Source: Gammaproteobacteria bacterium | GTDB lineage: Bacteria > Pseudomonadota > Gammaproteobacteria > HyVt-429 | Reading direction: 5' to 3' | DNA length: 64,000 nt | Assembly (NCBI GenBank): GCA_013152415.1 | Contig: JAADGI010000018.1 | Coordinates: 13,046-77,045, forward strand | In this document: positions 21,388 through 31,115 of the stretch, one piece after another | Numbering within the stretch: the stretch's first letter is position 1 | Layout: each line of letters starts with the position of its first letter | Notes under the pieces: generated by a model | What the model saw: the letters and a program-made list of their open reading frames with translations, nothing else | The model's database searches: none | What the model was told of the DNA's origin: nothing | Translations under genes and position numbers: made by a program

Positions 21388-21534
21388 GCTATCGGTAAGA
21401 CTATCATCAGACAAAAAAATTCCCCTCGCACCAGGACCATAGCCAGGCTGTCCGGGGAATCACTGGCCAAACGATCTGCTACAATCTGCCTGATGCACCG
21501 CAACACAAGCAACCCCTATCGGACCTGATGTACC

Positions 21535-22197
21535 ATGACCATACCCTATTTTGACTGGGACCAACTCGACACCCTATTCCTGGACATGGACGGGACCCTG
21601 CTCGATCTCAATTTTGACAATCATTTCTGGCAAATACACGTACCCAAGCGTTACGGCGAAAAACACGGCATCAGTACCGACCAGGCTTTGGCCCAGCTCA
21701 TCCCCCGTTTTCGTGCCGCCGAAGGTCGCCTGGATTGGTACTGTGTGGATTATTGGAGCAATGAACTGGATATGGACATCGCTCTGCTCAAAGAAGAAGT
21801 GGACCACCTCATTGCCGTCCACCCCGATGTCCTCGAGTTTCTCACCACCATGCGACAGATGGAGAAACGACTGACCCTGGTAACCAATGCCCACGGCAAA
21901 AGCATTGACATCAAAATGCGCAAGACCGTCCTGGGACAACACCTGGACCGGATCATCAGCTCCCATGACATCGGCACTGCCAAAGAACAAGACGGATTTT
22001 GGGTGCAGTTACAACAAAAAGAGGCCTTTGATCCAGCACGTACCCTACTGGTGGACGACAGCCTGCCGGTACTGCGTGCCGCACGCCGCTTCGGCATGAC
22101 GCATTTACTGGCCATCCATAAACCCGATTCAAAACAACCGATAAAAGACGTGGAAGAATTCAGCGCCATCCACAGCTTCGCGGAAATAATGCCATAA
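21535..22197 (+). CDS. HAD-family hydrolase, YrfG-like GMP/IMP nucleotidase
   Basis: DMDGTL motif I and a HAD fold. Conserved neighbour of nudE. Confidence 0.75.
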   Translation: MTIPYFDWDQLDTLFLDMDGTLLDLNFDNHFWQIHVPKRYGEKHGISTDQALAQLIPRFRAAEGRLDWYCVDYWSNELDMDIALLKEEVDHLIAVHPDVLEFLTTMRQMEKRLTLVTNAHGKSIDIKMRKTVLGQHLDRIISSHDIGTAKEQDGFWVQLQQKEAFDPARTLLVDDSLPVLRAARRFGMTHLLAIHKPDSKQPIKDVEEFSAIHSFAEIMP

Positions 22198-22296
22198 AGA
22201 ATCGGGGACAGGTGACAAAAAGAATACCCAGCAAGTACTTACAAGCAAACGCACTGAAACAACGAAGCCTTTGAATCAAACAATGGCAGAATCAAC

Positions 22297-22722
22297 ATGG
22301 TAAGTGTATTTCTAATCAACAGCATGGTCGTCGCGATTGCCGTAATCATTCACTACGAATTCCTGATTCAGCTTTCCGCCCTTATGCCAAAGATGAAAAT
22401 CAGGCATCGTTTTAGAATAGTGCTTGGGGTCTTCGGGGCACTCATCGCCCATGCGGTCGAAATATGGATATTTGCATTCGCTTACTATTTCATGCACCAG
22501 GCAGAAAAATGGGGGACTTTGGTGGGAAACTTTTCTGGCAGCTTGGTGGATTGTGCCTATTTTTCGTTTACAACATTTACCACCCTGGGCTTCGGTGATA
22601 TTGAACCCCTGGGTGATCTGAGGTATTTGACGGGCATCGAATCACTCACTGGCCTGGTCCTGATTACCTGGACAGCTTCTTTCTTGTATTATGAAATGCA
22701 ACGCTTCTGGGGTTCGAAATAA
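22297..22722 (+). CDS. Two-TM ion channel family protein (K+ channel pore-like)
   Basis: TTLGFGD selectivity-filter-like motif between two TM helices. Confidence 0.7.
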   Translation: MVSVFLINSMVVAIAVIIHYEFLIQLSALMPKMKIRHRFRIVLGVFGALIAHAVEIWIFAFAYYFMHQAEKWGTLVGNFSGSLVDCAYFSFTTFTTLGFGDIEPLGDLRYLTGIESLTGLVLITWTASFLYYEMQRFWGSK

Positions 22723-22813
22723 ACACCTGCGAACAAATCAAGAAAAAGATACCTGCTCTGCTTAGGGCTCCCTTTACCACCCCTGGGACACTCTTCCCCA
22801 CAGACCCTATCCA

Positions 22814-23242
22814 TCACTTATCTTTTTCTTTCGCCCACTTCTTAAAACGATTGTCCCATTTTTTATAACGTTTCTTGCAATACGTCACCAGAGAATCGTA
22901 GTCCTTAAAATACAAATCAAAATCATCGGCACCGGCAAGGCCGTCAAATTCGCAACCGTCATTGGTATGCTCACGACACACCTGGGGGCGTTCCTCGTAA
23001 ATGCCACAGCGCCCATCGGCTTCAAGATGCATACACCGGGTGGGAAGCAGCAAGAACCATCCATCGTCATCTTTGTAGGCTTCCGTATCCTTATGAGACA
23101 CCTGCCACAACAACGTATCAAAGTCCTCCATGGAGCGAGGAGTATCGATCTGTTGAGTGATGTAGGTACAACAGTTAGAGCCCTTACAAAAACTGCATTT
23201 ATTTTCCGATGTAATCTCTACATCAACGGGAATTTGCTTCAT
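22814..23242 (-). CDS. YkgJ-family cysteine-cluster (zinc/iron-chelating, UPF0153) protein
   Basis: CSFCKGSNCC cluster plus further conserved Cys. The start is set at MKQIPVD. Confidence 0.65.
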   Translation of the reverse strand: MKQIPVDVEITSENKCSFCKGSNCCTYITQQIDTPRSMEDFDTLLWQVSHKDTEAYKDDDGWFLLLPTRCMHLEADGRCGIYEERPQVCREHTNDGCEFDGLAGADDFDLYFKDYDSLVTYCKKRYKKWDNRFKKWAKEKDK

Positions 23243-23329
23243 TGAAAACCTTTCTATTGTGGCGTAGCGAAAATCTGGGGCGCAGTGTAACAGACCCGGT
23301 TCGGGCAATAAAAGAACGCCTAAACTGGG

Positions 23330-24133
23330 TTAAAAGCCCCAACCCAAACCCACATAACCCAGCTTTTGATAGCGATCAGTCACGATCGGGCTGTTGGCAG
23401 CATCATCACCCAGACGACGCAGGGAAACTCCCGAAATCAATCGCCAATGCTCATCAAACCGGTACTCCGAAATAAAGGCCAGGGTATAGTTCAAGGTACC
23501 GCTCGGGCTATAGACCGAGCGGAATATAGTGGCTTCTGAAGGCGTCACACCGTAGTAGTAATTCACTACGTTGCGACTTAACCACTCGACAGCAGCAGAG
23601 CCTGCGAGTGTAAGCCCCTGGTTTTGGTAAAAAGGGACGCTAACTTTGAGGTTGGCAGAATTACCGTCGGCGGTACTGCTGATATCCGTATCATAAGACG
23701 CCTCTAGCAAAACACCTATAGGTGTCCGCCAATACAGGGCCACACCCGCTTCCAGGGATGTCTCGCGACCCCCCATCCCAGACAGCACATCGCCATCCCC
23801 GGCACCATAACCACCACGAGGCTCAACCGCCAGACCCAATTTCAGGCTACGATCATCCGTATGATATAGCCATACACCCGCTCGCTTGACCTTAAAATAA
23901 TATTTATCCTTGTAGCTTGCTATCAACACGGGAAGCAGGCTTAGTTTATTACTTGCCGAACCGGAATAGTCTGGTGAAGAAATCACCGCCACACCTACCG
24001 CGCCCTTTAGCTCCGTGCCCAGCTCATCCAGAGATGGGATATAGTCACCGATCTTGCTGACCAGGCTACCCGCAAGCACTGGGGGTGTTGTCAGCAACCC
24101 CAGCAGTATTCCCGTTATGATTCTTATGTCCAT
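23330..24133 (-). CDS. MipA/OmpV family outer-membrane protein
   Basis: Signal peptide, alternating beta-strand pattern and a C-terminal aromatic (WGF). Confidence 0.75.
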   Translation of the reverse strand: MDIRIITGILLGLLTTPPVLAGSLVSKIGDYIPSLDELGTELKGAVGVAVISSPDYSGSASNKLSLLPVLIASYKDKYYFKVKRAGVWLYHTDDRSLKLGLAVEPRGGYGAGDGDVLSGMGGRETSLEAGVALYWRTPIGVLLEASYDTDISSTADGNSANLKVSVPFYQNQGLTLAGSAAVEWLSRNVVNYYYGVTPSEATIFRSVYSPSGTLNYTLAFISEYRFDEHWRLISGVSLRRLGDDAANSPIVTDRYQKLGYVGLGWGF

Positions 24134-24252
24134 ATCCTCTTTTCAAGAATGACGTAAATTGAATTTTGCCAGCTACTATGCTGTGTAGGCAAGTAGCAGT
24201 GATAAATAGACCCCACTCTAGGGGACTCTCGCATACCCATCAAGCACCCAAT

Positions 24253-25383
24253 TTAGGCCACCTGCTTTCTAAAAATTCGCCGTCTCTTGTGCAGCACCGG
24301 ATTGAAATGCTTCCATTGCGCTTGCACCTTCTTGTTTGACTCCAACTCCGGATTGGACTCTGCCGCACTAAAACCCAGATCCAAAGCCACTTCAATCATC
24401 TGCAATTGCATAAGCAGATCTACACCTTTACCTCGATATTGAGCCCTAATCCCGGCCAGGTAAAAATCCAAAATATCGTAGCTGTGCAAGGATTTGAGGA
24501 TATGCCACCACCCCAGGGGCAAGAGCCGTCCTCTGGCTTTTTGAAACCCCCGTGACAAGCTGGGCATAGCCAGCATAAAACCAACCATCTCATCGCGCTC
24601 GTTAACGGCAATCTTGACCGTACGGTAGTTCACAAAAGAAATATATTTCTTGATATAGTAGCGCATCTGATCCTTGCTCAAGGGTACGCTACCGTAAATT
24701 TCTTCAAAAGTTTCATCCACCAACCGAAAGAGCTCCGGAGCCCGCCTTAAAAGCTGACGCTTATTTTCGAAATTGACTACCCTCAACTTCGACCGCTGGC
24801 GCACACGTTCGGCAATACGCGTCAATTTTGATGGAATACCTGTCTCGGTGGGTGCCGGGGTAAGAAACTCCACATAGTCGACCTCTTTTTCAAAACCACA
24901 ACGCTCTGTCAGTTCCACGTAATAGGGATAATTGTAGTAAGTCGCTATCGTAGGCAACTGATCATAGCCCTGCGTCAACATACCTTGGGGATCGAAATCG
25001 CAAAATCCATGGGGACCCGTCAATGTTTCCATGCCCAACTCTCGAGCCCATGCCTCCACCGCTACAAACAAACTACGGGCAACCTCCAACTCATTGATGG
25101 TATCGAACCAACCAAAGCGAAGATTCTTGGTTTGATACTTTTTGTTAGCGGCATGATTCAAAATAGCGGCAATACGCCCCACCGGCACACCATCTCGATA
25201 GGCCACAAACAATCTCGTCTGAGCCGTCTCGTAGGCCGGATTCTTCTTGGGATTAAAGGTCGCCAGATCATCACTAATCAGTGGGGGCACCCAGTAAGGA
25301 CTGTCCCGATACAGGGCGAAAGGTACACCAATAAATGTCTTGAGTTCACGGCGACAGGATACTGTTTTAATGGTTATAGACAT
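24253..25383 (-). CDS. GNAT-fold acyltransferase-like protein (family uncertain)
   Basis: 376 aa. Weak resemblance to bacterial N-acyltransferase/FemAB-like proteins. Low certainty. Confidence 0.45.
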   Translation of the reverse strand: MSITIKTVSCRRELKTFIGVPFALYRDSPYWVPPLISDDLATFNPKKNPAYETAQTRLFVAYRDGVPVGRIAAILNHAANKKYQTKNLRFGWFDTINELEVARSLFVAVEAWARELGMETLTGPHGFCDFDPQGMLTQGYDQLPTIATYYNYPYYVELTERCGFEKEVDYVEFLTPAPTETGIPSKLTRIAERVRQRSKLRVVNFENKRQLLRRAPELFRLVDETFEEIYGSVPLSKDQMRYYIKKYISFVNYRTVKIAVNERDEMVGFMLAMPSLSRGFQKARGRLLPLGWWHILKSLHSYDILDFYLAGIRAQYRGKGVDLLMQLQMIEVALDLGFSAAESNPELESNKKVQAQWKHFNPVLHKRRRIFRKQVA

Positions 25384-25514
25384 GGCTGACTATTTAAAGG
25401 CCTCTTAATGGACGCAATAGAACCATCAATCTAAACAGGACCGACCCAGCATGCAAGCTCGCCATACTGGGCCAGGAGCTTGTCCCAGCACCAGGGGCAA
25501 TCAATTGCTTCATA

Positions 25515-25633
25515 ACTAAGGAAAACGAAAGTTACCCGACATCCTTTATCAGCGGGACACGGTGAATACGTCCCTGTACGCTTGATGGCAGCGTCCATGC
25601 TGCCAACACCCGCTGATAAAGGATGTCGGGTAA
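25515..25633. repeat. Copy 2 of the 29-nt motif followed by a long hairpin element (25-bp perfect stem, about 52-nt loop containing a nested GGCAGC/GCTGCC hairpin)
   Basis: ttacccgacatcctttatcagcggg at 25532-25556 pairs perfectly with cccgctgataaaggatgtcgggtaa at 25609-25633. The 5' 29 nt match 21359-21387. Confidence 0.65.
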
Positions 25634-25737
25634 GCAATGAACTCATTAGTAGATGTAGTTTCAGGATTTGCCTTGATCTAGGGTTGAGATAATTATTAAA
25701 TACCGGACCCTGACCTGATTATGGCCAAAGAGATAAT

Positions 25738-26154
25738 GTGAGACACTATATCCGTCATCCCGCCGATATTCCGATTGAAATCACCACAACCGAAGACGGC
25801 AATAAAACGAGTGAACCTCTGTCCAATATTAGCCCCGGGGGAGTGGCCTTCCGATCTAAAACAAAACTCGATATTGGCACCTCACTCAATATCCGAATCG
25901 ACCTGGTTAACCCACCCTTTGAGACCCGTGCACGCGTAGTATGGTGCCAACCCAAAGCCCCATACTACGAAGTGGGGGCTGAGTTGCTTGATAAAGAGGC
26001 CGTATTCCAGGCGAGAATGGTCGAGCAAATTTGCCACATTGAGCACTATCGGAAAGAAGTACAGCGGGCGGAAGGTCGATCATTAAGTGGTCGAGAGGCG
26101 GCACTGGAATGGATAGAAAAATACGCCGACCGCTTTCCCAGTCTGGATGACTGA
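25738..26154 (+). CDS. PilZ domain protein (c-di-GMP receptor)
   Basis: RxxxR (RHYIRHP) and N-x-S-x-G-G (NISPGGVAF) motifs. GTG start. Confidence 0.7.
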   Translation: MRHYIRHPADIPIEITTTEDGNKTSEPLSNISPGGVAFRSKTKLDIGTSLNIRIDLVNPPFETRARVVWCQPKAPYYEVGAELLDKEAVFQARMVEQICHIEHYRKEVQRAEGRSLSGREAALEWIEKYADRFPSLDD

Positions 26155-26260
26155 TTCGACCCGATAGGCCTTGAACATACCGAGACGATCCCAACCTACA
26201 ATTGCCTTAATAAATAAAGGTATCAGGATACTGATAACTCAAGGCTCACCCACACCCAGC

Positions 26261-27484
26261 TTAGCTCGCCACCGCAGCAAAGAACCTAAAACAATTTCCT
26301 GATCCCTTGGCATTGTACATGGCACTATCCGCGTGACGGATCAGCACCTGCGGTGTAATGGCAGAATGGCCAACATCGAACATAGCGATGCCTATACTGG
26401 GTGTCACTGAGACATCGAAACCATCGACACAATAGGGGGGCTTCATCACTTGTATGATTTTTCGCGCCACACCGATAGCATCGTCCTTTGAACGCACCGC
26501 TTCCATGATATAGGCGAACTCATCGCCCCCATACCTCGCCACTGTATCGCTGCGCCGGGCACATCGCTTCAATCGCTTGGCCACAGCCTTCAACAGCTCA
26601 TCGCCAACATGGTGCCCCAGGTTGTCATTGATCAGCTTAAAACCATCCAGATCTATAAATAACAAAGCCAACTGCCGCTTGTTCCGTTGCGCCCGGGCCA
26701 AACCCGTGTCTAAACGATCCCAAAGTAATGCACGATTGGGTAAGCCGGTAAGTTCATCATGGTGGGCACGGTGCGCGAGCTGACGCTCGTGCTTCTTGCG
26801 CTCTGTAATATCAACAAAAGAAAGTTGCAGGTTCATCGTGGGACTGGAGATCACGCTTATCAACACCTCAAGGCGTCGACCCTGTTGGCTGCGGCAAACG
26901 ACTTCATGCTCCAGGACCCCCTGATGCCCCAACAACAACTTGAGCACCAACACCACGGCCTCATCGGCACCCCCGCACCAATTTGTGAGAGGACCCTGCA
27001 GACTTGATTTGTGATCCACCCCAAAGAGTGTACAGGCGGCTACATTGGCGTCACGCACTCTTAGTTTCTTGGCCGCCTGGGCCCGCCATTTTGGGTGTTT
27101 AAGCAGGAAGGCCTTCAGTTCAGTGCTATCCCGAATCGGGAGTTTGTCTAATTGGGACTGCAACCGACTTAAATCAAGTTCCACCAAACAAGCGGGGGCA
27201 TGCTCAAACAACTGTTGGTAACGTTTCTTTTCCAGGCGCAGACGCTCTGTCGCCCGGCGTTGACGACTGACCTCACCCTGGGCAACCTGGTAGCCCCGTA
27301 GCGCGGCATGACCCAATGTGCTCAGACCTCGATCCTTTCTCAGCCAACCGTGTTGCTCGGCCAATATAAGCAGGGGCCTGTTTTTGGATGCACAGGGGAC
27401 ACTGCGATGCTGGCCCGCATCCAACCACGCCAGAACGGCCGCCTCCAGGCTCGACCCTCCCCTGAAATCACTGATGATCTCCAC
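26261..27484 (-). CDS. PAS-domain diguanylate cyclase (GGDEF)
   Basis: GGDEF active site (RYGGDEF) with an RxxD I-site immediately upstream. N-terminal PAS-like region. Confidence 0.9.
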   Translation of the reverse strand: MEIISDFRGGSSLEAAVLAWLDAGQHRSVPCASKNRPLLILAEQHGWLRKDRGLSTLGHAALRGYQVAQGEVSRQRRATERLRLEKKRYQQLFEHAPACLVELDLSRLQSQLDKLPIRDSTELKAFLLKHPKWRAQAAKKLRVRDANVAACTLFGVDHKSSLQGPLTNWCGGADEAVVLVLKLLLGHQGVLEHEVVCRSQQGRRLEVLISVISSPTMNLQLSFVDITERKKHERQLAHRAHHDELTGLPNRALLWDRLDTGLARAQRNKRQLALLFIDLDGFKLINDNLGHHVGDELLKAVAKRLKRCARRSDTVARYGGDEFAYIMEAVRSKDDAIGVARKIIQVMKPPYCVDGFDVSVTPSIGIAMFDVGHSAITPQVLIRHADSAMYNAKGSGNCFRFFAAVAS

Positions 27485-27818
27485 GTTTCAATCCTCTGCC
27501 ACGCAGGTAATTACTTGGACTTAATTTCAAGTGTAGACGATAAAATCAATAAGTTAAGTAAATTAGTTAAGAGTCTAAGTTAATTAGACCCTGTAACTTG
27601 CAAAAAGAATCGCCCTAATTTTACCCTGCCTACAGCACCCACAAAAATATTATTACTTTAAAATCATATAGTTATAGTATTTCTAGGGGATGTCATATGG
27701 AATTTCAGAGGATGCGACAGCGGTCCCCAGGCATTAATTGCCTCAAGAAGGGGAAAAGGTGGGTGATCGTAGACAAACCGCCGTGGCACCAACACCCAAA
27801 CCAAGCCCACTTTCGGCC

Positions 27819-28049
27819 TTAGGCCGCCTGGGGTGGAGGCCTTAGGAACAGGGCTTCGGGTTGACTCATCAGATCTTCCGGTACCACGGCAATCCGGAAA
27901 CCCAACTCAATGCTAGGATCAGCCTGAAACAGGCCGGGATAGTTGTGCCGCAGCACCCGATAGTGCCGACGATTGATGAATACCACATTTGGGCGGTATC
28001 CGTGCCGACGCTCAAACCCCTGAACTTGACGTAATATGTGATCAAGCAT
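27819..28049 (-). CDS. Small basic hypothetical protein (76 aa)
   Basis: ORF only. It lies upstream of the GGDEF gene across a 330-bp AT-rich spacer. Confidence 0.3.
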   Translation of the reverse strand: MLDHILRQVQGFERRHGYRPNVVFINRRHYRVLRHNYPGLFQADPSIELGFRIAVVPEDLMSQPEALFLRPPPQAA

Positions 28050-28269
28050 CAGTGCCTACCCCCACACAGTCATTCACTACAGAGTATAGACCACACTGCC
28101 CCCCCAATAGTTGCAGGGGGGAAATCCAATAATGGCCGACGAAAGATGCGACGAATGGCTGGAAATAGAGGGTGATTGCACTGTCATTTTAAGTTAACCT
28201 ACTCGCCGGAAACCGTCACAACAAAATACGTTGAGCGGTAGGCACAAAGACGGTTGGAGGAATCGAGAC

Positions 28270-28665
28270 ATGTTAGGCAACAAAAAAAGTGACCAAAAAC
28301 CAGCCGCCATCAACACTATGATCGGTGCCAAAACCGAGGCCATTGGTAATATCTCTTTCCAGGGGGGTATGCGCATAGATGGCAAAGTACACGGTAATGT
28401 CACGGCTGCAGATGACAAGGCTATCTTGATTTTAAGCGGTTCCGCCACGGTCGAAGGGACCGTGGATGCCCCCACGGTCATCGTCAGTGGCTCAATCAAT
28501 GGAAATTTGATTGCCAGAAAGCGGGTGGAACTCCACGCTGATGCCCATGTAGAGGGTGATGTGCATTACTCCTCCCTGGCCATGGACCCCGGGGCCGTCG
28601 TCAATGGTAATCTGTATCACGAACAGGATTACCCAAATAAAGCAGGCACCGTCAAAAACGCCTAG
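28270..28665 (+). CDS. Bactofilin family cytoskeletal protein
   Basis: Repetitive beta-helical bactofilin (DUF583) pattern (ISFQGGMRIDGKVHGNV ... EGDVHYSSL). Strong GGAGGA RBS. Confidence 0.85.
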   Translation: MLGNKKSDQKPAAINTMIGAKTEAIGNISFQGGMRIDGKVHGNVTAADDKAILILSGSATVEGTVDAPTVIVSGSINGNLIARKRVELHADAHVEGDVHYSSLAMDPGAVVNGNLYHEQDYPNKAGTVKNA

Positions 28666-28683
28666 CCCAAGCCCACTCAGCGA

Positions 28684-30198
28684 CTATTTGACCCCGTGCA
28701 TGAGGCGCCTAATCAAGGGTGCCAACAATAACAACAACAGTCCGGCCCCCGTCGAGCTCCCCACCAAGAACCAATACAGGGGCAGACCGGATTCCACCAA
28801 CAAAGATTCCAGCATTCCGGCCAAATAATTGGCTGCAGCTACCGCTGTAAACCAAAACCCCAACATCATCGATACCAACTGGGCCGGTGCCAATTTAGTC
28901 ACCATAGAAAGCCCAATGGGAGACAGGCACAACTCACCTATGGTATGGAGCAAGTACACCCCTAATAGCCATTGCGGACCCACTGTGCCGTACAAATCCG
29001 CTTGCTCCTGGGCTAGCGCCAGTAACACAAAGCCCAAACCCAGAATCAACATACCGATAGCCTGCTTGGTCACCGAAGACAGGGCAAACCGGGAACGGTC
29101 CACGCGTACCCATAATAGTGAAAACAGGGGTGCCAGTACCAATATGAACAGGGGGTTGACCGATTGGAAGTAACTCGCCGGCATAAGCCAGTCACCGATT
29201 TGACGATGGGTCAGCTTGTCGGCAAACAAATTCATGGTGCCACCAGCCTGTTCAAAACCCATCCAAAAGAAGATAACGAACTGACTCATAATGGCGATGG
29301 CGAAAATACGATGCATTTCCACTCGACTCAACCGCCGTCGACCTTGGTTGGCACCGTCAGTGGATTTTTTGCTTAACCCCCACACTCCGGCACGATACAA
29401 GCTGGGGAACCACCACAACAGGGCTACCACAGACAAACCAATCCCCCCCTGCCACAAACCACTCAATCCACTCCACCACCCACTAAAAGTTGCCCACAGG
29501 CCAACAATGCTTAGCACCGTAATGAGCGTCACCATGCTGGTGAATACCACAACCAAGCCATCCCTTGCCGTTAGAGGCCCTTGTTTCAGGTTTCGCTGCC
29601 CGGTTGCAAAAACCCACAACCCGATCACCATGCCGACCCCGGCGGCGGCAAAACCATAGTGCCAACCGTATCGCTCGCCCAAAGTACCGCAGACCAATGG
29701 CGACATGAATGCACCCAAGTTGATGCCCATGTAGAAAATAGTGAAGCCACTGTCGCGTCGGGTATCGTTATCACCATACAGGCTACCCACAATGGTGGAG
29801 ATATTGGGCTTGAAGAACCCATTACCGACCACTAAAAAACCGAGTGCCACGTACAATAGATCCGGCACGGCCATGGTGAAGTGGCCCATGGCCATGACCG
29901 CTGCACCCACCAGTACCGCTCGACGCGCACCCAGGTAACGATCGGCAATATAGCCACCGATGATTGGCGTCAAATACACCAAAGCAGTGTAAGTGGCATA
30001 CAGTTTCAGGGCCTGATCCCGGGGGTACTCCAAGGCATTGACCAGGTACAACACCAACAGGGCGCGCATACCATAGTAACTAAAACGCTCCCACATTTCG
30101 GTGAAGAACAAGGTAGACAAACCCGCTGGATGACGAGGAAATGGGGCTGAATGAATCAGCTTATTAACCCTCCTGGAGCTAAGTTTGAACTCAGGCAT
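28684..30198 (-). CDS. POT-family proton-dependent di/tripeptide transporter (MFS)
   Basis: ExxERFxYYG signature (FFTEMWERFSYYGMRALL) and 14 TM segments. Confidence 0.9.
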   Translation of the reverse strand: MPEFKLSSRRVNKLIHSAPFPRHPAGLSTLFFTEMWERFSYYGMRALLVLYLVNALEYPRDQALKLYATYTALVYLTPIIGGYIADRYLGARRAVLVGAAVMAMGHFTMAVPDLLYVALGFLVVGNGFFKPNISTIVGSLYGDNDTRRDSGFTIFYMGINLGAFMSPLVCGTLGERYGWHYGFAAAGVGMVIGLWVFATGQRNLKQGPLTARDGLVVVFTSMVTLITVLSIVGLWATFSGWWSGLSGLWQGGIGLSVVALLWWFPSLYRAGVWGLSKKSTDGANQGRRRLSRVEMHRIFAIAIMSQFVIFFWMGFEQAGGTMNLFADKLTHRQIGDWLMPASYFQSVNPLFILVLAPLFSLLWVRVDRSRFALSSVTKQAIGMLILGLGFVLLALAQEQADLYGTVGPQWLLGVYLLHTIGELCLSPIGLSMVTKLAPAQLVSMMLGFWFTAVAAANYLAGMLESLLVESGLPLYWFLVGSSTGAGLLLLLLAPLIRRLMHGVK

Positions 30199-30503
30199 GA
30201 ACCGCTTTAATAGTGACTAGGCCCAATACCGGACTGAAAATAATCCCGCTGATGCCGCCGCCTGTGAGGGTATTTATCCCCGCCTTCTTTATATCACGCC
30301 GGGGAGATACGCTATACTGAACCCCATCCTGCTCGAACACGGCTGATTACGACCAGGCCCCCGCTTTAAAAACCCGACCCCTTCACTACCACTTCACCTC
30401 GGACACGATAAAGTGTAACGTCTCAGATTGTAGACTTTGATATGGAATTCACCTCACTATTAAATAATGACCCCACCTCCCAGCTAATCTAATATTTACA
30501 AAC

Positions 30504-31067
30504 ATGAACTATTGCAGCGAATGTGGTGCCCGTGTATCTACACGAATCCCAGAAGGAGACCATCTGCCCAGATTTATATGCGACCAATGCAACACCATCC
30601 ATTATCAAAATCCAAAAATTGTTGCAGGCTGCATCCCAACCTGGAATAACAAAATTTTATTTTGTAAACGAGCCATCGAACCACGGCGGGGGCTTTGGAC
30701 CCTGCCTGCAGGATTTATGGAAAACGAAGAGACCACTGCGGAAGCGGCGGCCAGAGAAACCCAGGAAGAGGCCAATGCAATAATCGAAAACATAACCCTG
30801 TATAGCGTCTTTAGCCTACCCCATATCAGCCAGGTCTACATGATGTATCGCGGGCAGCTTAAAGATGGAATAGCGAGTCCTGGGGAGGAAAGTTTAGAGG
30901 TGGCGCTGTTAGATGAAGACGCGATTCCCTGGGATCGGCTTGCCTTTCCTGTTGTTGAGAAAACTCTGCGTCTATTTCTTGAGGACCGCCGCCAAGACCA
31001 ATACCGGGTCCACAACGTGACCATTCTGAAACATTCCACAGGATTTGAATTTGAAGAGCTTCCTTAA
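30504..31067 (+). CDS. NUDIX hydrolase with N-terminal zinc ribbon
   Basis: CSECG...CDQC zinc ribbon, then a Nudix box (GFMENEETTAEAAARETQEEAN). Confidence 0.8.
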   Translation: MNYCSECGARVSTRIPEGDHLPRFICDQCNTIHYQNPKIVAGCIPTWNNKILFCKRAIEPRRGLWTLPAGFMENEETTAEAAARETQEEANAIIENITLYSVFSLPHISQVYMMYRGQLKDGIASPGEESLEVALLDEDAIPWDRLAFPVVEKTLRLFLEDRRQDQYRVHNVTILKHSTGFEFEELP

Positions 31068-31115
31068 GGATCAGCCCTGACATACCAAACTGTCACCGGA
31101 TCTCAACGGCACCCT

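Noticed and set aside
25431-25646. 71-aa minus-strand ORF.
   Set aside because: It lies entirely over the inverted-repeat hairpin element. The ORF is a by-product of the palindrome.
27819-28049. Considered that the 76-aa ORF might be a YcgL (DUF709)-like protein because of the VPEDLM and PPP C-terminal pattern.
   Set aside because: The motif order does not match YcgL on closer comparison. Left as hypothetical.
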